DNA of 63,616 nt, filler included, from Octopus bimaculoides (lineage: Eukaryota): NCBI RefSeq assembly GCF_001194135.2. It is 8 parts of 8 records of this genome, joined end to end, with 100 filler letters (N's around TTAATTAATTAA, not from the genome) between each part and the next. Parts side by side here need not be neighbours in the genome. Positions count along the whole stretch, not along the records: positions 50,690 to 54,528 come from NC_069010.1; positions 54,629 to 59,796 come from NC_068981.1; positions 59,897 to 62,435 come from NW_026302686.1; positions 62,536 to 63,616 come from NW_026376921.1; 4 more parts are not named here. One strand, written 5' to 3'. A model generated the notes under the pieces. It did no database searches. It was not told the origin of the DNA and saw nothing but the letters and a program-made list of their open reading frames with translations. The number at the start of each line of letters is the position of its first letter. Within the stretch, counting starts at the first letter, position 1. Both the position numbers and the translations under genes were made by a program. Shown here piece after piece: positions 51,948 through 63,616 of the stretch.

Positions 51948-52028
51948 AAACTACTAATTCTACTACTACAATATATCTCCAACATATCTCTCTCTGTTGG
52001 AGATATATTGTACTAGAATTAGTAGTTT
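51948..52028. repeat. 81-bp inverted repeat / hairpin
   Basis: TACAATATATCTCCAACA (51967-84) and TGTTGGAGATATATTGTA (51995-52012) form a perfect 18-bp stem; outer stem AAACTACTAATTCTA/TAGAATTAGTAGTTT. Confidence 0.9.
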
Positions 52029-52197
52029 TGACTGCTATTTCTAAACTTTCGGTATGTTGGTAAAGCAACTTTTGCTGATCCCTAAATTATGTTTATAATT
52101 ATAAAAAGTTTTACCGATAAGGGTTTTTTTGCATACCGAATTACTTGGCAAAATTGTTAATTATTAATTTATTAATTAATTGACAATTCCCTGCCCT

Positions 52198-52254
<57 letters not shown>

Positions 52255-52639
52255 AATTTATTGCAGGGAGAATGTCCCAACATCAAGATTGTGAAGCCAG
52301 ACCGGATTACAATAAAAGAAAACCAAACATTGTTATTATAACTACACCTTGTTGTCATGACAACAGACAATCCACAATAGCAATACAGATAAATTTCATT
52401 TCTTTCTCAATATATTTGTTCTTGTTTGTTTGTTTCTTTTTTTTAATTTTTATTTTTATATTCCTCATTCATTGACAACAACAACAACAAAGACTACAGT
52501 GAGTGTATTGTGCTAAGAGAAAAATTGTGAGTTTTTCTCGACCAACTCTGATGTTCTAACACCCCCCCCCTCTTTCCCACACCTCTCACTTCCTTTCTCT
52601 GTACTTGAACCTCTTACGCCAGCATACAAGCTAATCCAA

Positions 52640-52905
52640 AAGCAATCTGGTGCATTTCATAAATTTCTGTAGCGTTTTATGCCCAGTTTAACATAAAATT
52701 TTATTGCATAGCAAACTTCCAAGTGCCCTGACTGCATTCTTCAAACTAGTCAGAAGTGTTGTAACAGCTGTCTCCTTCAATCTGGAATAAGAGATGGTGG
52801 CAGGTCAGCTTATTAGATGTAAGGGACGATATACTAACATTACAATAATCTACGACAGTTATAAATGCCTCTCTTAAAAATCATCTCAAGACTTCTAGAA
52901 TGCAC
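52640..52905 (-). mobile_element. Mariner 5'-end remnant
   Basis: Closely similar to 59430-59740. Confidence 0.7.
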
Positions 52906-54628
52906 CTTTCATATTCCAAATTTTATTTAATTTGCTTTGAGGGAAGGACTGTTCCAATGAAGTCGCATATTGTCCTTGCCTTCAAAACGCGGAGTAGATG
53001 GACAGGGACACCTGACGAAGGGATATACTCTTTATGTTGCATGTCTCGTTTCTCTGTTTGTTTGTTTTTTTTTGTTGTTCGAAAAAAAGTTCTTTTTCTG
53101 TTTTTGTTTTTATATTTTCGTTTCTCATTGTGTTTAACGTTTTTTTTTTATGTCCTGTACCCATATATACATGTATGTATACATATAGATGTAGATACGT
53201 ACATATATGTATGGATATATGCATATATCTATATATCTCTGTTATTATATATATATGTATGTGTGTGTGTGTGTGTGCATATGTTTGTGTCTGTGTTTGT
53301 CCCCCCAACATCGCTTGACATATATATATATGTGTGTGTGTGTATATATTTAGCTGTGTGTCTTTGGATCTGTGTTTGTCCTCTCACTATCACTTCACAA
53401 TCGATGTTGGTGTGTTTACGTCCCCATAAGTAAGCAGTTCCACAAAAGAGAAACATTACGTAGATTTTTAAATTATATTTATTAAATATGTATATATATA
53501 AAAGAAAATTGGTGATTTGTAACAAGAAAAAAAAACTGATGCTTTGCAAATGAAGTCCCTTGAAATGTTTGTTCTGTAATGAGTCAATTACTCCCTTTTC
53601 ACTCTCGTCGTCTGAAATGCAATGAATCAAAGACTGGTCTGACTATGACGGAATCCCATTTAAAAAAAAAAAGGTGAACACAACAACAGCGCCATTGATT
53701 ACCAAATGTGTGATAAGATAAGAATAGGAATACAAATGTCTGTGTGTCCCTAATGTATTGCTAATGTTTTGGGTGAGGAGTAGTCCGAGGGTGTTGAAGA
53801 AGGGGTTCAGGGTGGTGAAGTACCTCTCCACACACACACACACACACACACATGCATCCAGGTTGGAGTGGTGGTGGGGAGAAGATGGAGACTGATACAT
53901 AGTTGGGGGGGGTGACATGGATGTGATGTGCAATGTATGTGTGTAGCGTGGGTTGGTAGTGTGTGTGTGCCTGTGCATGGAGCGGTAGCAGTCACATCTA
54001 CTTGTACACACATTTTCTAATACATATATAAACACACATGTATGTGTGAGAGAGAGAGAGTGTGTGTGTGTGTGCAGTTTGGTGTAGTGTGGTGTGGTGG
54101 CCAAATGCACTGTGCCGCAGTGTAGTACGATGCGACCCAGTGTAGCGAGATGTAGTTGGCGGGCTGCAGTTCAAAAAGCCCTTCACACTGTTATCTACCA
54201 ATGTTGGGTGATGTGGAGGGTTAGGGGCTCAGTACGAGTGGTCCCTCAAAGGATTTATCAGGCTTGTTTCATACAATGGGCATGTCTGATGAGGGAGAAA
54301 AAAAAGTTATATACATATATATATATATATATATACGTGTGTGTGTGTGCATATATATATGTTAGTCGTGGCTCAGAGGATCTCATTTAAAAGGGCCATA
54401 TTGGAATGAAATGTTGTTGGGGGCTGTGTGATAAACAGGTATGGATCAAGTTTTTCTCTTTTTAAAAGGGTAGTTATGAATGATTTTTCATTGGGGGTGT
54501 ATGTAACATGTAGTTTGAGTCTTGTTTGNNNNNNNNNNNNNNNNNNNNNNNNNNNNNNNNNNNNNNNNNNNNTTAATTAATTAANNNNNNNNNNNNNNNN
54601 NNNNNNNNNNNNNNNNNNNNNNNNNNNN

Positions 54629-54665
<37 letters not shown>

Positions 54666-54689
54666 CGTACATATATACGTCATTGGACA

Positions 54690-57060
54690 TAGAAGGTGGG
54701 TGGAAATTCTTACGGGACAGCTTACTGAGTACCACAGACCAAGTCTGCGGATGGTGCAAAGTCCCTTCCAGACCTAGAGTAACGTGGTGGTGGAATAATA
54801 CGGTAGACAAAGCCATCAAAGCAAAGTAACAGGCTTGGAAAGCCTGGAAGGGTTGGGGTAGCAGGGAACCGTACCAGATAGCCAAAAGGGAGGCTGGGCT
54901 ACTGGTATACATAGCTAAGGCCGAAGCAGAAAAGAAGTTTGCCAATATCCAGCGATGTGAGGACCAAAGAACTGAAGTATTCCTGGTTGCAAGACAGTGT
55001 GTGGGAGAAAATTGTGATGTCACAGGAGAGAAATGTGTCCACATAGATGATGGTGCACTTGCTTTTAATGATCCGGAAAAGAAAGAGGCTTGGAGGAGCC
55101 ATTATGAAAGACTACTGAATGTGGAGAATGAAAGGGAGGAGGAGAGCCTGCCGAATGTCGATCCAGTAGAGGGACAAGCTATCTGAAAGGCAGAACACTA
55201 CTAAAAAAAAGCAATTAAAGGTATGAAGCTAGGAAAAGCCCCTAGCCCATCAGGAATCACCACTGAGGTGCTTAAAACATCTGGTGGTGTGGGCTATGGC
55301 CTAGTCACCCGTATTGTAAACCAGGTAGTAAACCCGTATTGTAAACCAGGTAGTAAACCCGTATTGTAAACCAGGTANNNNNNNNNNGGTAGTAAACCCG
55401 TATTGTAAACCAGGTAGTAAACCCGTATTGTAAACCAGGTAGCAGCACCATAGTCAACTGCTACAAAGGTAAAGGCGATGCTTTAGATAGAAATAGTTAC
55501 AGAGGTATCAAACTGCTGGATCAGGTGGCGAACGTCACAGAAAGGGTCATAGCCCAACTAATTAGGGAGAGAGTCAGTCTAGATGAGATGCTGTTTGGAT
55601 TCGTGCCAGGGAAAAGCACCACTGATGCTATATTTCTGGTACGGCAACTACAGGAGAAATACATAGCCAGAGATAAACCCCTATATTTGGCTTTTGTGGA
55701 CTTGGAGAAAGCCTTTGACAGGGTCCCCTGATCCCTTATTTGGTGGGCGATGCGGAAACTGGGGTTTGACGAATGTTTAGTAAGGGCTGTACAGGCCCTA
55801 TACAGAGATGCCGTTAGTAGGTTTAGGATTGGAAATGAGTATAGTGGAGAATTCCGGGTAGAAGTAGGGGTCCACCAAGGATCAGCCGTCAGCCCCTTCT
55901 TATTCATCATAGTCTTCCAGGCAATAGCAGAGAACTCCTCTATGCTGATGACCTGGCCCTAGGAACTCCTCTATGCTGACGACCTGGCCCTCATAGCAGA
56001 ATCACTACCAGAACTAGAGAAGAAACTTCAATTGTGGAAGCAAAGTTTAGAATTGAAGGGGCTTAGAGTCAATGTTGCAAAGACCAAAGTTCTAGTAAGT
56101 AGGAAGGCGAACACATCACACACCCCTTCAGGTAGATTGCTCTGCTCGATCTGTAAAAAAGGTGTAGGTAGAAATTCCATAAGATGTACCCAGTGTAAGC
56201 TATGGACACATAAGAGGTGCATCAACATCAAAGGAAGATTAACCGGGAAGATAGCTTTCACGGGCAGCAGATGCACAAGGGCAATAAACACCACAGATGC
56301 TCAGAAAAGAGACTCCATCACTTGCTAGTGGAAGAAATTGAAAGTAGTTGATAGCTTCCGCTACCTAGGTGACCAAGTCTATAGTGGGGTTGGATCCTCA
56401 GAGAGTGTTACCACTAGAATAAGAATAACCTGGGAAAAGTTCAGAAAGCTTCTACCTCTACTTGTGACAAAGTGCCTCTCACTCAGAGTGAAAGGTAGAA
56501 TGTATGATGCATGTGTGCGAACTACCATGCTTCATGGCAGTGAAACATGGGCTGTGACTGCTGAAGACAAGCGTAGGCTCGAAAGAAATAAAGCTAGCAT
56601 GTTCCGCTGGATGTGTAATGTCAGTGTGCACCCATGACAAACTGTAAGCGCCCTGAGAGAAATGTCAGACATAAGAGGCATCGGATGTGGCATGCAAGAG
56701 AGACGTTTGTGCTGGTATGGTCATGTACTGCGGATGGACGAGGAGAGCTGTGTGAAGAAGTGCCACTCCCAAACAGTGGAAGGAATCCGGGGTAGAGGGA
56801 GACCCAGGAAGACATGGGATGAGGTAGTGAAGCATGACCTTCGAACGCTGGGCCTCGCAGAGGCAATGACAAAATACTGAGACCTCTAGAGGTATGCTGT
56901 GACTGAGAAGACCCGGAAAATAAAGTGAGTCCACAGCTGTAACGTACACCAGTGTCGCCTAACCAGCCCACTCAAAAGTATCTTGGATCGTAGGGTGACA
57001 TGCCGTGCTTGAGGAGACCTATTGAGTCAAGTACATAAACATCAACATCAACAGCAATAT
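54690..57060 (+). mobile_element. RTE-clade LINE, 5'-truncated and inactivated, PHD-type finger in RT
   Basis: TWWWN, GKAPSPSGI, YRGIKLL, FGFVPGKSTTDAIF, FVDLEKAFD, VHQGS, LYADDL, VNVAKTK, CSIC..C..C..H..C finger, FRYLG, RLCWYGHV, GRPRKTW; multiple stops; (AACATC)n-like tail near 57035-57055. Confidence 0.93.
55307..55443. repeat. 25-bp tandem repeat (ACCCGTATTGTAAACCAGGTAGTAA) inside the RTE RT
   Basis: At least 5 copies spanning a 10-N gap. Confidence 0.8.
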
Positions 57061-57069
57061 CAAAATCCT

Positions 57070-57340
57070 AGGGTGCATGGCTTCATATGGTTCCGCTTTA
57101 TTATCTAACTCGTATCTCACCATGATTAATTTAGAGGCCTTATTTATGTTATAAAGGGTATTATCCGGGACTATTTTATACTTTTTATTTCTTTCTTTCT
57201 CCAACAGTTTATCGCATAATTTAATATCTAATTTATATAAGTTTCCCGCTTTATCCGATGGGACTATGATTCCTTCTAAATTACGTATTTCTTTTATTTT
57301 AGTAGTTAGCTTTCGTAAAAATTCATTATGCCTATTTGGG
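57070..57340 (-). mobile_element. Penelope-like RT N-terminal fragment
   Basis: KIKEIRNLEGIIVPSDKAGNLYKLD...KKYK...NINK matches the PLE I..ADK..N.Y motif. Confidence 0.75.
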
Positions 57341-57359
57341 TATTTATGGAATTTAATGT

Positions 57360-57690
57360 GGATGCTTTTACGTGCCACTGGCACGAGGGCCAGTCAGGTG
57401 GTACTGACAACGACCACGCTCAAAAGGTGTTTTTTACGTGCCACCTTCATTGGAGCCAGTCCGGCGGCACTGGCAACGAACACGCTCGAATGTTGTTTTT
57501 CATGTGCCACCGGCATATGTGCCAATAAGGCGACGCTTGCAACGATCACGCTCGAATGGTGCCTTTTACGTGCCACCGGCACGGGAGCTAGTCAGTGGCC
57601 CTGGCAACGGTCACGCTCGGATGTACTTTTACCGTTCCACTGGAACGAGTGCCAATCAGGCGGTACTGTCATCGGCCACGTCAGCGATTT
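57360..57690 (-). repeat. ~65-bp tandem array (5 units) in the RTE 3' UTR
   Basis: Units start at 57366, 57432, 57497, 57564 and 57627 (TTTTACGTGCCAC..GCCAGTC..GGCAACGATCACGCTCG). Confidence 0.85.
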
Positions 57691-58825
57691 TGATCTCACT
57701 TGCCTCAACAGGCCTTCGCAAGCAAAATTTATTGTCCAATGAATGAAGGTTACTCATAAGTGGGCTGGTCATACACTACTGGTATAGGCCATGGGTTATC
57801 GTCTCACTTGGCTTGTCGGGTCTTCTCTAGCACAACATACATCCAAAGGTCTCGGTCACTAGTTATAGCCTCTGTTCGAAGGTCGTGCTTCACCACCTCA
57901 CCCCAGGTCTTCCTGGGTCTACCTCTTCCACAGATTCCCTCAACTGCTAGGGTGTGACACTTTTTCACACAGGTGTCCTCATCCATTCGCAACACATGAC
58001 CATACCAGCGCAGTCGTCTCTCTTGCACACCACATCTGATGCTTTTTAAGTCCAGCTTTTCTCTCAGGGCGCTTACACTCTGTCGTGTATGCACACTTAC
58101 ATTACAAATCTAGCGGAGCATTCTGGCTTCATTACTTACAAGATTACGCATGTCCTCAGCAGTCACGGGCCATGTTTCACTGCCATGTAGCATGGCTGTG
58201 CATACACATGCGTCATACAGTCTACTTTTTACTCTGAGCGAGAGGCCCTTTGTCACCAGCAGAGGTAGGAGTTCTCTGGACTTTGCCCAGGCTATTCTTA
58301 TTCTAGCAGCTACACTTTCAGAGCATCCACCCCCGCTACTGACTAGGTCACCTAGGTAATGGAAGCTACCAACTACTTGTAATTTTTCTCCCTGGAATGT
58401 GGCAGAAGTTGTTTTCTGCACATTTACAGAATTTATTGCTCCTGAGCATTTGCCACATACAAAAACTATCTTCCCAGTTAGCCTTCCTTTGATATTGCTG
58501 CACCTCTTATGTGTCCATAGCTTACACTGGGTACATCTTACAGAGTTTCTACCTATGCCTTTTCTACAGATCAAGCAGGGCCATCCACCTGAAGGGATTT
58601 GTGGTTTGTCTGCCTTCCAGCTTATTAAGACTTTCTTTGGTGGACCCCTACCCCTACCCGGAATTCTTCACTGTACTCGTTGCCAACCCTCATCTTACTG
58701 ACAGCATCCCTGTACATGACTTGCACAGCTCTCATTAACTATTCATCTATCTCTAATTTCTGCACTGACCACCAGATAAGGGCTCAGGGACCCGGTCAAA
58801 GACTTTCTCCATGTTAACGAAAGCC
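57360..58825 (-). mobile_element. Second RTE-clade LINE copy, 5'-truncated
   Basis: FVNMEKVFD, PHD-type ICRKGIGRNSVRCTQCKLWTHKRC..FVCGKC, FHYLG, LHGSETW, RRLRWYGHV, GRPRKTW; internal deletion and frameshifts. Confidence 0.92.
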
Positions 58826-58898
58826 NNNNNNNNNNNNNNNNNNNNNNNNNNNNNNNNNNNNNNNNNNNNNNNNNNNNNNNNNNNNNNNNNNATATATA

Positions 58899-59752
58899 CA
58901 AGATGCATTCCAGGAGCTTTGAGACGTTTCCAGGAGAGAGATTTATTAATTTGAAAGAAGTAAAGAACTCTAACCTCCTTCACAGTAGGATCCTCTGACT
59001 TCAATGTACTTGTTGTAATGTTCCAGCCACTTCGTGGAGGCCCCATGGAAGTCTTCCAAACTGAAGGTGTTTGGGACTCTTGTTACAATCTTCTTCACTT
59101 TCGTCAGCTCGTGAAACAACCAAAAGTAACAGAAGGCAAAGTCTGGACTATAAGGAGTGTGGAGGACAGTTTTGATGCCCATCTCCGTCAAGTAGTTGGT
59201 TACCAGGATGGAACTGCGAACTCGTGCGTTGTCCTGGTCCTGGTGTTCTGACCGTTTTGCAAAATTACTTTCTGAACTTCCTCAAAACCTCCACAAAATA
59301 CTCTATGTTGACCGTTTGACTAGAGGGAACCTAGAGGATGTAGATGATGCCCTTGTTGTTGAAAAGGGGATCATAATTTTGCCTGGCTTCTTGTACCAGC
59401 CAAAAACAGATGCTCAATTCATACAAGTTAATCTATAAGCAGTCTGGAGAATTTCATAAATTTCTGAACCATTTTTCCTTAGTTTAACATAAAAAAATAC
59501 TTTATTGCAAAGGTAGCTTCCAAATTATCTTGGAGTTCTGACTGCATTCTTCAAACTAGTTAGCTGCGACAAGCAGTGTTCAGTAGGGTGTGTTCAAAGA
59601 CTGCTACAACCGTCTCTTTCAATCAGGAATAATAAATGTTGGCAGGTCAGCTTATTAGATGTATAGTAATGATATACTAAAATTACAATAATTTAGGATA
59701 GTTATAACTGCCTTTCCCTACCAAAATCTCAAAACTTCGGCAACACATCTCG
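58899..59752 (-). mobile_element. Mariner (DD34D-type) remnant with both TIRs
   Basis: TA-CAAGATGCATTCCAGGAGCTTTGAGAC ... ATCTCAAAACTTCGGCAACACATCTCG-TA; HTPYSPDFAFCYFWLF...KWLEHYNKYIEVRGSYCEG is a mariner C-terminus. Confidence 0.82.
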
Positions 59753-59957
59753 TATATATATATGTTTCAACAACTTGTGACATTTGTAGACTCTCTNNNN
59801 NNNNNNNNNNNNNNNNNNNNNNNNNNNNNNNNNNNNNNNNTTAATTAATTAANNNNNNNNNNNNNNNNNNNNNNNNNNNNNNNNNNNNNNNNNNNNACAC
59901 ACACACACACACATACATATATATATATTAGTTTAATTAGCTGCCAAGAATGTTATA

Positions 59958-60330
59958 CAGGGTGTTTGGAAAGTCATTGTGCACTTTTCTAATCATATTT
60001 TGACCCCAATATGGTTTTAACATCCGAAGAACATGTCTTTCTAATTGAGCACATTTTTCAAGAAGGTGTTAGATACACAGATTTGGTACGACAGCGTTTT
60101 GCTGATAAATTCTCAGAAAACACTTGTTCCTCATTGCAATGCTGTTCATAACTTTATTGCTAAATTCTGAGAAATAGGATCAGAGGCAAGTGCCCAACAC
60201 TGTGGAAGACCATCAAAAGATATCCAAGGAGAAAGCCATTACAAAAGTTAGCGACTGTTATAAGGCCATCAGAAAGAAATTAAAACGCTTCCCATACAAA
60301 ATATTGACAATACAAGAACTAAAAGCGACA
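59958..60330 (+). mobile_element. Tc1/mariner 5' end, rosa/DD41D-like
   Basis: TA-CAGGGTGTTTGGAAAGTC TIR; ATG 60011 MVLTSEEHVFLIEHIF..VRQRFADKF..VPH.NAV..FIAKF*EIGS; ends in a gap. Family assignment is tentative because the catalytic domain is absent. Confidence 0.65.
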
Positions 60331-62535
60331 ANNNNNNNNNNNNNNNNNNNNNNNNNNNNNNNNNNNNNNNNNNNNNNNNNNNNNNNNNNNNNNNNNNNNN
60401 NNNNNNNATGTTGTTTGTAGTGCAGTGACTTTCTGAAATGGCCTGTATATGAAAATAGCTTTTGTAAATGTAAAATGTTGTCTGATCACTTGACTCATTC
60501 TTTAGTTTATTGACTGCAGAGGAAAAACAATTTTGGGTGGAGAGAAGTGTTTGGAATCGAACCAGCACCAGTTAATTACTGGTACATGAATTATTGTCCG
60601 AGGTGGACAGGAANNNNNNNNNNGCACCAGTTAATTACTGGTACATGAATTATTGTCCGAGGTGGACAGGAATGTAATTAAATATCACAAGGCATTCAAT
60701 TCAGCACTAACATTCCCCTACCTTCCAAGATAGACTTATCTGTTGGCTATTGAGCTGTCTGCAACTTTGCTAAATTTGTTCTAAAGACTGTTTCTAATTA
60801 TCTTCTGCTTGTTTCTTCAGTCATTGGTTTGTGGCCATGCTGGAGCACCATCTTGAAGGGTTTCGTTGAAGAAATCGACACTGGTACTTATTCTATTGTT
60901 CTCTTTTGCCAGACTGCTAAGTTATGTGGATGTAGACAGACCAACACCAGTTGTTAAGTAAAGCCATTGGTTGGCCCAGGGCTAAAGGAGAAGACAGCTG
61001 CCTAATGTGATGTCTGGTGGGGCTGAACCCAAAACCATATGGGGACAAAACAAGCTTCTTAACCACACAGCTATTGACAGAAACTTATTGGAAAGATAAT
61101 GTCAACTCATCATCATCATCATCATCATCATTATTGCTTTTTATTGCTGGCATTGTTTGCACATTTCCTCTCCCATCCTGCTGCCCCTTATTGAGTTCCT
61201 TTGTGAGGTGCAGTACTATCCTCAGATCAATTCTTCTTGTCTTCCTTCTAATTTGTGAAGTTCTGTGGCTTAGTCGTTTGGGTGGTGTTGCACTCCTCAA
61301 GACTGCAAGATTATGGGTTTCAATTCCTGGACTGGGCAAAACACTTCACTGTCCCAGTCCACTCGGCTGTAAAGGAGAAACCTACCAATGGATTTGCCTC
61401 CTGTTCAGGAGAAGGAATGTTGGTATTTTTGTCACTTATAAACCCTAAAAACAAGGTCAGTGGCCCTCTGAGCCCTGGGTCTTGAGACAATAATTACTGC
61501 CACTTGANNNNNNNNNNTTTTTTCCAACCCAGCTATCATCTTCCATCCTTGATATACATCTCTCTTTATCAGTTTTTGCACTCAGCTCATTTGCTGTGCT
61601 TGGTCGTTCATGCTAACATGGCAGCACTGAAGGCAAGGGGCTTGCTTCCTCATAACTTTACATTCAGTATTATTGTTTTCCCTCAAGTGTTAGGAGGTTG
61701 GAATGAAGCAGTTGGGCAGCAGTCTTGTTTGACCACTGGTCATTTGGCATGGCTGGACTGGACACCACTGTTTTGGCACTGGAGGCAAACAACATGCAGA
61801 AAGGAAAACATTACAATAAATCAATTACACCTGATTGACATATGAATACGTTGCCTTCCACCGAACACACAGAGAAATTATGCTGACACATGGGGTGGGG
61901 GGGGAGAGAGAGAGAATATGCCTGATGTTAAAGAAGTTAGTGTCGGATCAGCAATGCCAAACAAGCAGCACCAAAACATCTCTCCTGGCTCTTACAGGAA
62001 TCTGTTTTACGAATCAGTCCTTGTAACTTGGACAGAAGAAAAGCAAAGTTGACCTTGGTTGGATTTGAACTTAGCATTCTTGGCACTTAGAGCTAAATAC
62101 TGATTCTGCCGTTTTCAACACTTTCTCATCTTCATCTCTCACAACAACCATTTGACCTGATATCAAAGTCCTGCATTTTTAACGAAATACTTATATTATC
62201 AATGTGTGGAAAAAACAAAACAAAAACACATTTATTAATAATTGGAATCTTTTTGAAGGGGTTAAAAGTAGGGGTTAGTGTAGAATTTTACTAAGACACA
62301 GCCTTCAAGGGGTTTAGGGGGAGTGTACCAACCCCAATATTATTTCAGTTTAGTCTTTATTTTATCTATCCATTTTTAACCAGCAGAAACAATACGGGTT
62401 TTAGACTAGTCAACATGTGTGTGTGTGTGTGTGTGNNNNNNNNNNNNNNNNNNNNNNNNNNNNNNNNNNNNNNNNNNNNTTAATTAATTAANNNNNNNNN
62501 NNNNNNNNNNNNNNNNNNNNNNNNNNNNNNNNNNN

Positions 62536-62568
<33 letters not shown>

Positions 62569-63439
62569 TGCTCTGCAGTAGAAAGGAATAACAGAAAAAA
62601 AAACATAGGGAATGAGAAAAGAACTTGTGAATGTAGCGATCAAGCATGGCGACTGGTTGGGAACAAAAAGGGTTTGACAGTAGAGGTAGGACGAAGGGGT
62701 AATTATAACGTATGGGTGATCCCAAAACGAAAAGGGAAGAAAATAAATAAAGAGAGAAAAACGAACGTGTGATAGTGCACAAAAATTATATCACCTTCAC
62801 GTTCAGTGAACGGAAAGAGTTTTTAATCTTTCGAGCATGGCTCTTCGTCGAAAAGGAGAAAGGGAAATGTCCAGAGTAGGAGGTGACAAGAAAATTGCCA
62901 ACCGTCTACACACGTAGAGAAAGATAGACAGAGAGTTAGAGTGAGAGATAGAAAGAGACAGATAGAGAAAGAGACAGTGAGAGAGAGAGAGGGAGATCCT
63001 CATACACATCTAAGCCCGGTTTATAATGATTCCCATAACCAAATCGCGAAACAATAACAGAAGATAACGCTACAGTTATTTCGCTATAGTATGGTTTTGA
63101 GACTGTTCCGTCTTAACATTTATTGCTTTGACAGGGTTACATTTCTTGATATACCGAAATTTCATTTGTGATTAATGTCAGTATTAATCATTCTTATCAA
63201 ATTACCCCTTAATTAGTAATTATTAGATATATAACAAAGAACTTTGTGATATTCATTAGATGTTAAATGCACATAGTCAAGATTTTTCTTTATCGATAAT
63301 AACATTATTTCTCTTGAACGAGTAGTGTCACATGTATTAATCAATAGAATAATTCGATTAAGATTCAATAAAATTTCGGTTAAACTACAAAGGAGGTGAT
63401 ATTGAGAAACACCTAGACTATGGCGTTAACATTTTCATA

Positions 63440-63570
63440 TAGGCGCAAGCGTGGCTGTGTAGCAAGAAACTTGCTTCCCAACCACACGATTCGAGGTTCA
63501 GTTTCGCTGCGTGACACATTATGTGAATGTCATCAAACACAACCATGTGAATTGATTTGATAGTCGTGTA
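63440..63570 (-). mobile_element. SINE family B head
   Basis: The GGCGCAAGCGTGGCTGTGTAGCAAGAAACTTGCTTCCCAACCAC..AGGTTCAGTTTC head is actually read on plus at 63442-63510; the neighbouring ORF is spurious. Orientation of the flanking parts is uncertain. Confidence 0.5.
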
Positions 63571-63616
63571 TATATATATATATATATATATACTGTTGTG
63601 TCTGGGGAGAGTCATT

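Noticed and set aside
53005-53050. ACACCTGACGAAGG as a PLE hammerhead
   Set aside because: The 5' core is present, but there is no GAAA or stem II downstream.
57360-57690. CRISPR-like array
   Set aside because: The units are degenerate over their whole length with no unique spacers, the context is eukaryotic, and the array is part of an RTE 3' UTR.

Overview
Repeat-dense eukaryotic genomic DNA from a gapped draft assembly. It is most likely an octopus/coleoid cephalopod, inferred from the tRNA-headed SINE families, the very high microsatellite load and the TE complement; no database was consulted. Most long ORFs in the track are microsatellite or N-gap artefacts. Supported content: (1) many SINE copies from at least three head/tail families; (2) decayed Penelope-like elements (RT and GIY-YIG pieces) plus two hammerhead-ribozyme motifs of the Penelope type; (3) two oppositely oriented RTE-clade LINEs with a PHD-type zinc finger inside the RT; (4) a CR1/L2-type remnant and an R4/Dong-type 3' end; (5) several Tc1/mariner remnants (DD37D/maT, DD34D mariner, rosa-like) and hAT-, piggyBac- and Tc1-type MITEs; (6) a ~920-bp foldback element. 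One credible host coding exon lies on the minus strand (8120-8355) and encodes a signal-peptide-like N-terminus. The least explained locus is 22.1-23.1 kb: a GC-richer ~190-nt core that folds into nested stems, flanked on both sides by 11 same-strand TTATCA (GATA-type) motifs. It matches no ncRNA family I can recognise. No complete host gene can be assembled from the window.
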